Origin: Candidatus Omnitrophota bacterium
Lineage (GTDB): Bacteria; Omnitrophota; Gorgyraeia; Gygaellales; Profunditerraquicolaceae
Length of the DNA stretch: 64,000 bases
Direction: 5' to 3'
Assembly: GCA_028715785.1 (NCBI GenBank)
Contig: JAQURC010000006.1
Span: 21,630 to 85,629 of the forward strand
Position numbers and translations under genes: made by a program. Under the pieces are notes generated by a model that was given only the letters and a program-made list of their open reading frames with translations, did not search any database and was not told where the DNA came from. Of this stretch, positions 19,564-28,107 are shown in pieces. The stretch's first letter is position 1. The number at the start of each line of letters is the position of its first letter.

Positions 19564-20595
19564 ATGGCACGTATTAAAAAAGCAGTATCTGCCTCCAGAA
19601 ATAATTCTATTGTTGATGTCGCGCGGGCCAGCGGAGTATCCATTACTACCGTTTCCCGGGTAATCAATAAGATCGGCTCGGTCAAAGAATCCAACCGTAT
19701 AAAAGTAATGAATGCGGTCCGTGAATTGAAATTCCAGCCGTCTGTCTTTGCGCAGCGCCTGGCAACCGGCAAAAGCAATGTTGTGGCTTTGGTGATCCCG
19801 CGCTATGAAGGGGTATTTTATTCATTCTATGCCCTGGAGCTTATCCGCGGGGTAGGCACGATGTGCGAAGCTCTCAAGCTGGATTTACTTTTGCATTTAA
19901 CCGATGCGCGCTCTCCATTATCTCTGCGCGGAGTAGGCGGGATAATCTTTTCCGATATTATCGGTAACCGCGCCCAGTTGGAGGAATGTTTGGCAAAAGG
20001 CATACCCAGCGTCGTGATTAATTATTATGTGGATGATTTGGACGTTTCATGTATCGCCATCGATAACGCAGGCGGTGCCGAGAGGGCGGTTAATTATTTG
20101 ATCGAGCTGGGGCATCGAAAAATAGCGCATATTACCGGGGACGTAATGACCCAGGCGGCAGCCAAGCGCCTGGAGGGTTATAAGCACGCACTAACGAAAA
20201 ATAATATCAAGGTCAGGGAGGATTATATATTCCACACCGATTATTCCCGCGGGGCGGCAAGGAGCGCGGCCGAGAAGTTGATCAAGGCGGCGGATCCGGC
20301 AACCGCTGTATTTGTCGCCTCGGATGCGATGGCCCTGGAAGTAATGGCTGTGGCCCGTGAGTCAGGCAAGAATATTCCGGATGATTTATCGATTGTCGGT
20401 TTTGATGATAATCCTTCGGGGCTTTATGGCCCGGTCGGGCTTACTACCGTGCGCCAGCCGTTGATCCGGATGGCCGAAGAAAGCGTTAAAGAATTGAACC
20501 GGCTGATTGTCTTAAATAAAAATGCGCCAAAAAAGATCCTGCTTCCGGCGGAATTAGTGATCCGGGAGTCCTGCAAGCCTTTTTCCGGCGGATAA
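19564..20595 (+). CDS. LacI-family transcriptional regulator.
   Basis: N-terminal HTH (IVDVARASGVSITTVSRVINK) followed by a periplasmic-binding-protein-like sugar-binding core. Confidence 0.75.
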   Translation: MARIKKAVSASRNNSIVDVARASGVSITTVSRVINKIGSVKESNRIKVMNAVRELKFQPSVFAQRLATGKSNVVALVIPRYEGVFYSFYALELIRGVGTMCEALKLDLLLHLTDARSPLSLRGVGGIIFSDIIGNRAQLEECLAKGIPSVVINYYVDDLDVSCIAIDNAGGAERAVNYLIELGHRKIAHITGDVMTQAAAKRLEGYKHALTKNNIKVREDYIFHTDYSRGAARSAAEKLIKAADPATAVFVASDAMALEVMAVARESGKNIPDDLSIVGFDDNPSGLYGPVGLTTVRQPLIRMAEESVKELNRLIVLNKNAPKKILLPAELVIRESCKPFSGG

Positions 20596-20602
20596 GCTTT
20601 TC

Positions 20603-20649
20603 CTACAATCTATTGTATATTGCATAAATATCTATACAATATGTTGTAA
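20603..20649. promoter_or_regulatory. Tandem NrdR boxes: CTACAATCTATTGTAT (centre ~20610.5) and ATACAATATGTTGTAA (centre ~20641.5), centre-to-centre 31 bp.
   Basis: Both 16-mers match the NrdR-box consensus acaCwAtATaTwGtgt at 12 or more of 16 positions. The ~31-bp spacing matches the paired NrdR sites typical upstream of RNR genes. They sit directly upstream of the nrdJ promoter. Confidence 0.6.
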
Positions 20650-20656
20650 TTTTTTA

Positions 20657-20685
20657 TTGACAACCGTTGCCTCCTTTGTTATATT
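20657..20685 (+). promoter_or_regulatory. Sigma-70-type promoter for nrdJ: TTGACA (20657-20662), 17-bp spacer, TATATT (20680-20685).
   Basis: Consensus -35 with exact 17-bp spacing to a TATAAT-like hexamer; ~45 nt upstream of ATG 20732. Confidence 0.55.
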
Positions 20686-20731
20686 GCTTAAGTAATTTGT
20701 CGTTAACCTTCCTAAATATTCGAGGTGAAAA

Positions 20732-23026
20732 ATGGAATTAAAGTTATCCCCCAACGCCGTCAAAGTCCTTGAGCGCAGGTATCTGCGCAAGGATCAAGAG
20801 GGTAAACTTATCGAAACCCCGGAGCAGTTGTTTGCCCGCGTAGCCGGCGCCATTGCTATCGCGGATAAACAATACGGCGCATCAGAACAGGATGTAAAAC
20901 TTCTTACGGAGGCATTTTTTAAGATGATGGCCAATTTAGAATTCCTGCCTAATTCCCCGTGCCTGATGAACGCGGGAAAAGAATTAGGGCAGCTTTCCGC
21001 CTGCTTTACCCTTCCCATCGAAGATTCGATGGAATCCATTTTTGAAACCTTAAAAGTTACCAGCCTTATCCATAAATCCGGCGGCGGCACAGGTTTTAAT
21101 TTTTCACGCCTGCGCCCCAAGAATGCCGTAGTCAAAACTACCGGCGGAGTAGCCAGCGGGCCGATTTCATTTATGCGCGTCTATGATGCGGCAACCGAGG
21201 CGGTCAAACAGGGCGGCACACGCCGGGGCGCAAATATGGGGATTCTGCGCGTGGACCATCCGGATATCCTGGAGTTTATTACCTGCAAGGAAAACAATAA
21301 TCATATTACTAATTTTAATATTTCCGTTGCCATTACCGATGAGTTTATGCAGAGATTGGCCAAGGGCGAGGATTATGACTTGATCGATCCGCACACGCAT
21401 AAGCCGGTGCAGAAAATCAACAGTAAAGATGTATTTAATTTAATCGTAAAACAGGCGCACAAAAACGGGGAGCCCGGGATTATCTTTATTGACCGGATTA
21501 ACCAGTATAACCCCACTCCGAAATTAGGGGAGATTGAAAGTACCAATCCCTGCGGTGAACAGCCTCTCTTGCCTTATGAAAGCTGCGATTTAGGCTCGAT
21601 AAACCTGGACCAGATGTGCAAAAAATCCGGGGCACGCTGCGAGATCAATTGGGAGAGGTTAAAAGAGGTTACGGCTTTAGCGGTGCATTTTCTGGATAAT
21701 CTGATCGATGTGAATAAATTCCCGCTTCCGGAGATCGAGGAGGCCACCAAGGCCACTCGGAAGATCGGCTTAGGGGTTATGGGCTGGGCAAGCTTATTGA
21801 TCCGCCTGAATATCCCTTATAATAGCGAAGAGGCCGTGGCTTTGGGGGAAAAAGTAATGTCATTTATCCTGGAGGAAGCCAATAAAAAATCCCTGGAATT
21901 GGGGAAAAATAAAGGCGTATTCCCGGCTTTTAAAGGAAGTATTTATGATAAAAAAGACGGTTCAAGCAGGATGCGCAGCGCCACGCTGACAACCATCGCC
22001 CCCACGGGGACGATCAGTATCATCGCCGGCCCCTGTTCTTCGGGAATCGAGCCTTTATTCGCCCTCTCATATTATCGTAATGTCATGGACAATGATAAGC
22101 TGGTGGAGGTGGAGCCGTTATTTGAGCAGGTTGCGCGGCAAAGAGGGTTCTATAGCACCAAGCTTATGGAAAAGATTGCCGAGAGCGCTTCAATAAAAGA
22201 TATTAAGGAGATTCCCGAAGATGTGCGCAGGATTTTTGTGACCAGCCACGACATCGCTCCTGAATGGCATGTGCGGATGCAGGCAGCTTTCCAGAAATAT
22301 GTGCATAATGCGACAAGCAAGACGATTAATTTTCCGCATGAGGCAACTATTGAGGAAGTGCGCAAATCTTATATCATGGCGTTTGATTTAAATTGCAAAG
22401 GCATAACTATTTACCGCGATAAGAGCCGCGAGGAGCAGGTGTTAAATGTCGGCAAGCCCAAGGAAAAGCAGGAAAGAATTATTCATGAGATCAAGAAAGA
22501 GATTGCCCCGCGCCCGCGGCCGGAAGTAATTATCGGCACGACCACCAAGGTTTCTACCGGTTGCGGCAATCTTTACGTGACCATAAATATCGACGAGGAC
22601 GGCAAACCCTTTGAGTTATTTACCCAGATGGGTAAGGCCGGCGGTTGCGCCGCCAGCCAGCTGGAAGCAACCGGACGACTGGTTTCTTTGGCTTTTCGCG
22701 CCAATATCGAGGTAAAGTCTATTATCGAGCAATTACGTAATATCCGCTGCCCGTCTCCCTCCTGGGAAAAGGGGCAGAGAATATTTTCTTGCGCTGATGC
22801 CATTGCCCGGGTTATCGAGCGCCGGCTGATCAATACGCAGCCAGTTGCTATGGTTGCCGCAGAATCCGCGACCATTCCGATGAAGCATTCGCACGATGAC
22901 CAATTACAATCATCGGATTTGGATGAGCAGGTCAATATTGTGGGAATGTGCCCTGATTGCGGAGGCGCCCTGCGTCATGAAGAAGGCTGCGTCAAATGCC
23001 ATGGCTGCGGATATTCCAAGTGTTAA
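20732..23026 (+). CDS. nrdJ: Class II (adenosylcobalamin-dependent) ribonucleotide reductase, NrdJ.
   Basis: 764 aa. RNR 10-stranded barrel signatures (SACFTLPIEDSM..., active-site region NPCGEQPL, CDLGSINL). C-terminal Zn-ribbon CPDCGG...CVKCHGCGYSKC, typical of monomeric class II RNRs. Confidence 0.8.
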   Translation: MELKLSPNAVKVLERRYLRKDQEGKLIETPEQLFARVAGAIAIADKQYGASEQDVKLLTEAFFKMMANLEFLPNSPCLMNAGKELGQLSACFTLPIEDSMESIFETLKVTSLIHKSGGGTGFNFSRLRPKNAVVKTTGGVASGPISFMRVYDAATEAVKQGGTRRGANMGILRVDHPDILEFITCKENNNHITNFNISVAITDEFMQRLAKGEDYDLIDPHTHKPVQKINSKDVFNLIVKQAHKNGEPGIIFIDRINQYNPTPKLGEIESTNPCGEQPLLPYESCDLGSINLDQMCKKSGARCEINWERLKEVTALAVHFLDNLIDVNKFPLPEIEEATKATRKIGLGVMGWASLLIRLNIPYNSEEAVALGEKVMSFILEEANKKSLELGKNKGVFPAFKGSIYDKKDGSSRMRSATLTTIAPTGTISIIAGPCSSGIEPLFALSYYRNVMDNDKLVEVEPLFEQVARQRGFYSTKLMEKIAESASIKDIKEIPEDVRRIFVTSHDIAPEWHVRMQAAFQKYVHNATSKTINFPHEATIEEVRKSYIMAFDLNCKGITIYRDKSREEQVLNVGKPKEKQERIIHEIKKEIAPRPRPEVIIGTTTKVSTGCGNLYVTINIDEDGKPFELFTQMGKAGGCAASQLEATGRLVSLAFRANIEVKSIIEQLRNIRCPSPSWEKGQRIFSCADAIARVIERRLINTQPVAMVAAESATIPMKHSHDDQLQSSDLDEQVNIVGMCPDCGGALRHEEGCVKCHGCGYSKC

Positions 23027-23034
23027 ATATTTAA

Positions 23035-23091
23035 GGGGACGTGCCAAAAGGGGACACCCTCTTAAAGGGTGTCCCCCAAGAGGACGTCCCC
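23035..23091. terminator. Nested double hairpin (family T1): GGGGACGTGCC-AAAA-[GGGGACACCCT-CTTAA-AGGGTGTCCCC]-CAAGA-GGACGTCCCC. Likely a bidirectional terminator or REP.
   Basis: Inner 11-bp perfect stem nested in an outer ~9-bp stem, 9 nt after the nrdJ stop. The reverse-complement copy lies at 46083. Confidence 0.55.
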
Positions 23092-23114
23092 GACTACACC
23101 TCTAATTATTTTCC

Positions 23115-24941
23115 ATGGATAATTTTGATGTAATTATTGTCGGTGCCGGCCATGCCGGCATCGAGGCAAGCTTGGCGTGCGCCCGGCTTGGCGCTAAAAC
23201 CTTGATGCTTACCTTGGATATTAATTCCATCGGTAGGATGAGCTGTAATCCGGCTATCGGCGGGGTAGGCAAGGGCCAGCTGGTAAAAGAAATCGATGCT
23301 TTAGGCGGCCAGATGGGCCGGGCTGCCGATGCCTGCGCGATCCAGTTCCGTATCCTTAACTCCTCAAAAGGCGCGGCGGTGCAGTCATCACGGGCCCAGA
23401 TCGATATGCATAAATATAGCCGTTATATGCGGCGTATAGTTTTACATCAGAAAAATTTAACGGTAAAAGAGGCAGAGGCAAAGAAATTAATCGTTAGAGA
23501 TGGCAGGGTTTTAGGAGTAGTTACGGATAAGGGGGAGATTGGCTCTAAATGCGTAATTATTTGCCCGGGGACATTTTTAGACGGTATAATTCATATAGGG
23601 TTAAAACATTTCAGCGCCGGCCGGATTAATGAACGCGCTTCCGTGGGGCTGGCGGATCACCTGAAAAGTTTAGGTTTTAACACCTTGCGTTTTAAAACCG
23701 GGACCTGCCCGCGCCTGAATAAGCATACCATTAATTTTTCCAATCTAATAATCCAGGAAGGGGATTTAATCCCCAAGCCGTTTTCGTTCTCAACAAAAAA
23801 CATAAAGCAAAAACAGGTTTGCTGCCACATTACTTATACCAATAAAAATACGCATGAGTTAATTCGGGCTAACCTCAACCGCTCCCCGCTTTATGCCGGT
23901 ATAATCAAAGCTACGGGCGTCAGATATTGCCCGTCGATCGAGGACAAAATCGTTAAATTCGCGGATAAAGAACGCCATCAGGTATTTTTAGAGCCCGAAG
24001 GTTTAGGAGTGGATGAAATTTATCCTAACGGCATATCCACCAGTTTACCCGAAGATGTGCAGCTTAAGCTTTTGCATTCTATTGCAGGGTTAGAGACAAC
24101 AAAGGTCATCCGTTTTGGTTATGGCATTGAACATACCGTGGTTGACTCCACTCAGCTTTACCCCAGCCTGGAAACAAAATTAATCAAAAATCTTTTTTTT
24201 GCCGGACAGATTAACGGCACAACCGGTTATGAAGAAGCAGCGGCCCAGGGATTGGTCGCCGGAATTAATGCCGCCCTGCGCCTTAAAGATAAAGAAGCTT
24301 TTATTCTGGACCGCTCAAGCAGCTATATCGGCGTGTTAATCGATGATTTAACCACTAAAGGCACGGCTGAACCATACCGCATGTTTACCTCAAGGGTGGA
24401 ATACCGTTTAATTATCCGCGAGGACAACGCGGACTTGCGTTTAGCCAAGGCAGGCTTTGATTTAGGTTTGGTAAAAAAAGATGTTTACCGTAAAATAAAA
24501 AAGAAAGCCCAGGGTATTAAAGAAGGCCTGATTTTTTTAAGAAAAACCCGGATTAATTGCGCTCCTTTTCATAAACCGTTAACTTTGGAAAAATTATTAA
24601 AACGGCCGCAGATAAGCATCAAAGATGTAAATAAGCTGCATAAATTAAAACCGGCGATACCTGAATCCGCTTGGCGGCAGGTTGAAATTGAGGTAAAATA
24701 TGCCGGGTTTATCCAAAGGCAAGAGAAGGATGTGGAACGGTTTAAGCATATAGAGAAAATCAAGCTCCCGGCGAATTTTGATTACGGCAGTTTAGCCGGC
24801 ATATCCCGGGAGATAAGGGAGAAGTTGTCTAAATTTAGGCCGCTTAATTTGGGCCAGGCCTCGCGTATTTCAGGGGTTACGCCTGCGGCAATTTCCCTGC
24901 TTATGGTTTATTTGAGAAAACTAAAAGGCTGTCCAAGTTAG
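23115..24941 (+). CDS. mnmG: tRNA uridine 5-carboxymethylaminomethyl modification enzyme MnmG (GidA).
   Basis: 608 aa. N-terminal FAD Rossmann motif VIIVGAGHAGIEA. Conserved GidA blocks (YCPSIEDK, GQINGTTGYEEAAAQG) and C-terminal helical domain. Confidence 0.85.
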   Translation: MDNFDVIIVGAGHAGIEASLACARLGAKTLMLTLDINSIGRMSCNPAIGGVGKGQLVKEIDALGGQMGRAADACAIQFRILNSSKGAAVQSSRAQIDMHKYSRYMRRIVLHQKNLTVKEAEAKKLIVRDGRVLGVVTDKGEIGSKCVIICPGTFLDGIIHIGLKHFSAGRINERASVGLADHLKSLGFNTLRFKTGTCPRLNKHTINFSNLIIQEGDLIPKPFSFSTKNIKQKQVCCHITYTNKNTHELIRANLNRSPLYAGIIKATGVRYCPSIEDKIVKFADKERHQVFLEPEGLGVDEIYPNGISTSLPEDVQLKLLHSIAGLETTKVIRFGYGIEHTVVDSTQLYPSLETKLIKNLFFAGQINGTTGYEEAAAQGLVAGINAALRLKDKEAFILDRSSSYIGVLIDDLTTKGTAEPYRMFTSRVEYRLIIREDNADLRLAKAGFDLGLVKKDVYRKIKKKAQGIKEGLIFLRKTRINCAPFHKPLTLEKLLKRPQISIKDVNKLHKLKPAIPESAWRQVEIEVKYAGFIQRQEKDVERFKHIEKIKLPANFDYGSLAGISREIREKLSKFRPLNLGQASRISGVTPAAISLLMVYLRKLKGCPS

Positions 24942-25014
24942 TGTCATTGCCAGGAGCGTAGCGACGAAGCAATCTAATACGAGATTGCTTCGCCCTTCGG
25001 GCTCGCAATGACAC
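24941..25014. repeat. MITE/REP-like family M, copy 3. It fills the entire mnmG-queG intergenic space.
   Basis: GTGTCATTGCCAGGAGCGTAGCGACGAAGCAATC ... GATTGCTTCGCCCTTCGGGCTCGCAATGACAC. Its first G is the last base of the mnmG TAG stop. Its terminal CAATGACAC supplies the ATG (25008) used by the ORF track. Confidence 0.8.
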
Positions 25015-25025
25015 GCTATTTTAGA

Positions 25026-25703
25026 ATGGATAAAAATAAGAACTATTCAATTTTAAAGAAATTCTGCCTCGATGAAGGTATTGATCTTTTTGGGGTTGCC
25101 GATATAAGCCGGATAAGGGGTGAATTTAAGATCTCTCCCAAAATTTCGCAGAATTTCGACAAGGCTATTTGTTTGGGGGTCATGCTTTCCGCAGCCGTGC
25201 TTTCCGAAATAGATATTGTGCCTACCAAGCTGTATTTCCATCATTATAAAATAGTAAATTCTTTCCTGGACCACATAGCTTTAAGATTATGTAATATAAT
25301 CCAGAAGCGGGGTTTTTTGGCCCTTGCCGTCCCCGCGACCCAAATCATTGATTGGGAAAATAACATTGCGCATCTTTCGCACCGGAAATTAGGGGTTTTG
25401 GCCGGGTTGGGCTGGATTGGCCGGAATAACCTTTTGGTGAACGAGAGATTAGGCAGCCAATTCCGCTTGGTTTCGGTATTAACCAACATGCCGTTAAAGG
25501 CAGATGAGTTAAGTAAAAAAGATTGTGGGCAGTGCAGGCTTTGTGTTAAGATATGCCCGTCAGGGGCGATTCAGGATAATCCGGCGGATTTTGACCATGT
25601 TAAATGTTTTGAAAAACTCAAGAGTTTTCAGAAACAGCGCCAGGTTGAGCAGTTTGTCTGCGGAGTATGCGTGAATGTTTGCAAAGGCAAGGAAAAACAA
25701 TAG
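25026..25703 (+). CDS. queG: QueG-like epoxyqueuosine reductase family protein (short form; 4Fe-4S ferredoxin-type). Start probably MDKNK at 25026 rather than 25008.
   Basis: Cys clusters CGQCRLCVKICPSG and CGVCVNVC. Resembles the C-terminal half of QueG, but at ~226 aa it is much shorter than canonical QueG (~380 aa). Confidence 0.4.
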   Translation: MDKNKNYSILKKFCLDEGIDLFGVADISRIRGEFKISPKISQNFDKAICLGVMLSAAVLSEIDIVPTKLYFHHYKIVNSFLDHIALRLCNIIQKRGFLALAVPATQIIDWENNIAHLSHRKLGVLAGLGWIGRNNLLVNERLGSQFRLVSVLTNMPLKADELSKKDCGQCRLCVKICPSGAIQDNPADFDHVKCFEKLKSFQKQRQVEQFVCGVCVNVCKGKEKQ

Positions 25704-26396
25704 ATGAAAGAAAAAATATTAATCGTCGAGGATGAAAGAGATATCATTAAGATGCTTGAGTATAACCTTAAGAAGGAGGGTTTTAAGGTTATTAGCGCCG
25801 GTGACGGTGAGGATGCTTTGGACCTGGCGGTGCGCGGGCAGCCGGACCTTATTTTGCTGGATTTGATGCTTCCGGGAATGGACGGCCTGGAGGTATGCAA
25901 GGCCTTAAAAAAAGAAAGCAAGGCCGCAGCTATACCGATAATTATGCTTACGGCCAAAGGCCAGGAATCGGATAAAGTGGTCGGTTTAGAATTAGGCGCG
26001 GATGATTATATGACCAAGCCGTTTAGCGTGCGCGAACTGATCGCCCGTATCAAGGCGGTCCTGCGCCGGGTAGCTGAAAAAGAAAAACTTCCGGAGATAT
26101 TCCAAGCCGGGGATTTAAAAATAGATTTTGCCAAAATATCCGTAACGGTCAAGGATAAGCCGGTTGAGTTAACGGCCAAGGAGTTTGAGCTTTTAAGGAC
26201 TTTGCTTGCCGCCAAAGGCAGGGTCTTATCGCGGGATTATCTATTAGACACAATTTGGGGTTTTGATCATGCGATGGAGATCCAGACGCGCACAGTCGAT
26301 GTGCATATCCGCACCCTGCGTAAAAAACTAAAAAACGCATCCAAATATATTCTAACAGTGAAAAATTACGGTTACCGTTTTGAGGTAGAGGGATAA
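25704..26396 (+). CDS. phoB: OmpR/PhoB-family response regulator.
   Basis: Receiver domain (ILIVEDERD, LILLDLMLPGMDG, phospho-acceptor Asp in LDLMLPG, conserved K in YMTKPF) plus winged-helix trans_reg_C (TAKEFELLRTL..., VDVHIRTLRKKL). Adjacent to a histidine kinase and the Pho island. Confidence 0.75.
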   Translation: MKEKILIVEDERDIIKMLEYNLKKEGFKVISAGDGEDALDLAVRGQPDLILLDLMLPGMDGLEVCKALKKESKAAAIPIIMLTAKGQESDKVVGLELGADDYMTKPFSVRELIARIKAVLRRVAEKEKLPEIFQAGDLKIDFAKISVTVKDKPVELTAKEFELLRTLLAAKGRVLSRDYLLDTIWGFDHAMEIQTRTVDVHIRTLRKKLKNASKYILTVKNYGYRFEVEG

Positions 26397-26399
26397 AAA

Positions 26400-27509
26400 T
26401 TGTTCAATTCCCGCCTAAAGAAAAAAATATCCGAGCTGGATTCCGAACTGGAAATATTCAAGCAGCGCATCGACCTTTTAGAAAATGAGAACAACCGCAT
26501 ACATGCCATATTAAACAGTATGGTTGAGGGGGTAATCGCGGTAGATAAAGACACGCGTGTTCTTTGGCTTAATCCAACAGCCGAAAATATTTTTAATATC
26601 TCCCAAAAGAACGCGCAAGGTAAGATTTTTCTAGAGGTATTCCCTAACAATGATATTGCTGATGTAATTGCCTTGGTCTTAAAAGGCAAAGAACCCGTTT
26701 CTAAAGAGCTGGCTCTTATTTGGCCGGTACAAAAAGTATTCCAGGTGAATGCCTCCCCGATTTTTGAATCCAAAGTAACCAGCGGCTGCCTTTTAGTCAT
26801 CCACGATATTACCGAGATCAGGCGCCTTGAGACGATGCGCCGGGATTTTGTGGCCAATGTTTCGCACGAGTTGAAAACGCCGCTTACCTCGATAAAAGGT
26901 TTTGTGGAAACCCTGCTTGAGGGGGCCCTGGAGGACAAAGAAAACAGCGTCAATTTCCTCAAGATCATCAATACCCACGCTGACAGGCTGAATACTTTAA
27001 TTAATGACCTGCTGGATCTTTCGCATATCGAATCCAAAGAAATTGTGCTTAAAAAAGATAAATTTGATTTAGCCGGGCTTGTCAATGAGGTTATATCGGG
27101 ATTTAAGTCTCAGGCAAAAAAGAAAGGGATAGAGATCAATTCGGCATTACCCCAAGGCCTGGAAATTTTTGCCGATAAGAGCAAGATCGAACAAGTTTTC
27201 ACTAACCTGGTTAATAATGCAATAAAATACAATAAAGAGAACGGTTTTGTGCGTATTTATTCTGAGCAGCTTGCCGATAAAATAAAAATTGTTGTCGAAG
27301 ATTCCGGTTCAGGCATACCCGCAAAAGATATCCCCCGTATTTTTGAGCGCTTTTACCGCGTCGATAAAGCCCGCTCCCGCCAGCTTGGAGGCACCGGCCT
27401 TGGGCTTTCTATTGTTAAGCATATCATCGAACTGCATGGCGGTAATGTTGGAGTGGAAAGCACCGAAGGCTTAGGCTCCAAATTTTGGTTTATCCTGCCA
27501 ATTTCCTAA
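26400..27509 (+). CDS. phoR: PhoR-like sensor histidine kinase lacking obvious transmembrane segments (coiled coil - PAS - HisKA - HATPase).
   Basis: H-box VSHELKTPLTSIKG, N-box NLVNNAIKYN, G-boxes DSGSGIP and GGTGLGLSIV. No hydrophobic N-terminus. Confidence 0.65.
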   Translation: MFNSRLKKKISELDSELEIFKQRIDLLENENNRIHAILNSMVEGVIAVDKDTRVLWLNPTAENIFNISQKNAQGKIFLEVFPNNDIADVIALVLKGKEPVSKELALIWPVQKVFQVNASPIFESKVTSGCLLVIHDITEIRRLETMRRDFVANVSHELKTPLTSIKGFVETLLEGALEDKENSVNFLKIINTHADRLNTLINDLLDLSHIESKEIVLKKDKFDLAGLVNEVISGFKSQAKKKGIEINSALPQGLEIFADKSKIEQVFTNLVNNAIKYNKENGFVRIYSEQLADKIKIVVEDSGSGIPAKDIPRIFERFYRVDKARSRQLGGTGLGLSIVKHIIELHGGNVGVESTEGLGSKFWFILPIS

Positions 27510-27543
27510 TTACCACAATATCTTCTCGAGTGTCATTTTTAAT

Positions 27544-27597
27544 TTTACCCAGATTTTACCTCTCTTTGAAGTAGATTTAACCCCTTTATTTTATACT
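27544..27597 (+). promoter_or_regulatory. Pho-box-like promoter: direct repeats TTTACC (27544), TTTACC (27555), TTTGAA (27565), TTTAAC (27576) with 10-11 bp periodicity, then TATACT (27592-27597).
   Basis: Four hexamer repeats in helical phase replace the -35 region, as in PhoB/PhoP-activated promoters. The -10 sits only 6-7 nt before ATG 27604 / TTG 27598, suggesting a possibly leaderless mRNA. Confidence 0.45.
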
Positions 27598-28002
27598 TTG
27601 GCCATGGTTAAGAAAATAATGATCGTAGAAGATGATAAAGATGTCAACGACCTTATTGCCTATAACCTGCGCAAAGAGGATTTTTATGTGGAGCAGGCTT
27701 TTGACGGCTTAAGTGCACAGGAGAGAATTAGAAAAGAAAGTTTTAATATTGTTATTCTCGATATTATGCTGCCCGGCATAGATGGGTTTGATATATGCAA
27801 ACTGATAAAAGATGACCCGCGGAATTTTCACACCTTTATTATAGTGGTGAGCGCTAAATCTCATGAACAGGATAAATTATATGCCCATCTTTTGGGGGCG
27901 GATTGTTATCTAAGCAAACCCTTCAATTTGGCAAGCTTATTAAGCACGGTAAGGGAAATAAGCGCCAACCTGGATAAAGAATTTTTAGTAAAAAGCAGAT
28001 AA
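27598..28002 (+). CDS. Stand-alone CheY-like receiver-domain protein (134 aa). The start may be TTG 27598 or ATG 27604.
   Basis: Receiver motifs IMIVEDDKD, IVILDIMLPGIDG, YLSKPF. No output domain. Confidence 0.65.
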   Translation: MAMVKKIMIVEDDKDVNDLIAYNLRKEDFYVEQAFDGLSAQERIRKESFNIVILDIMLPGIDGFDICKLIKDDPRNFHTFIIVVSAKSHEQDKLYAHLLGADCYLSKPFNLASLLSTVREISANLDKEFLVKSR

Positions 28003-28007
28003 ATTGA

Positions 28008-28061
28008 ATTTACACAGATTTTACCTGCGTTTAATTTAGAATCAATATGAAAAATGTAATA
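28008..28061 (+). promoter_or_regulatory. Pho-box-like promoter upstream of the porin gene: TTTACA (28008), TTTACC (28019), TTTAAT (28029), then extended -10 TGTAATAT (28054-28061).
   Basis: The sequence TTTACMCAGATTTTACCT is nearly identical to the box at 27544-27561. 11-bp periodicity. Confidence 0.45.
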
Positions 28062-28107
28062 TTGCAGTGATATCAGGGGAGGGTTAACAAAAAAAGGAGG
28101 GACAGGA

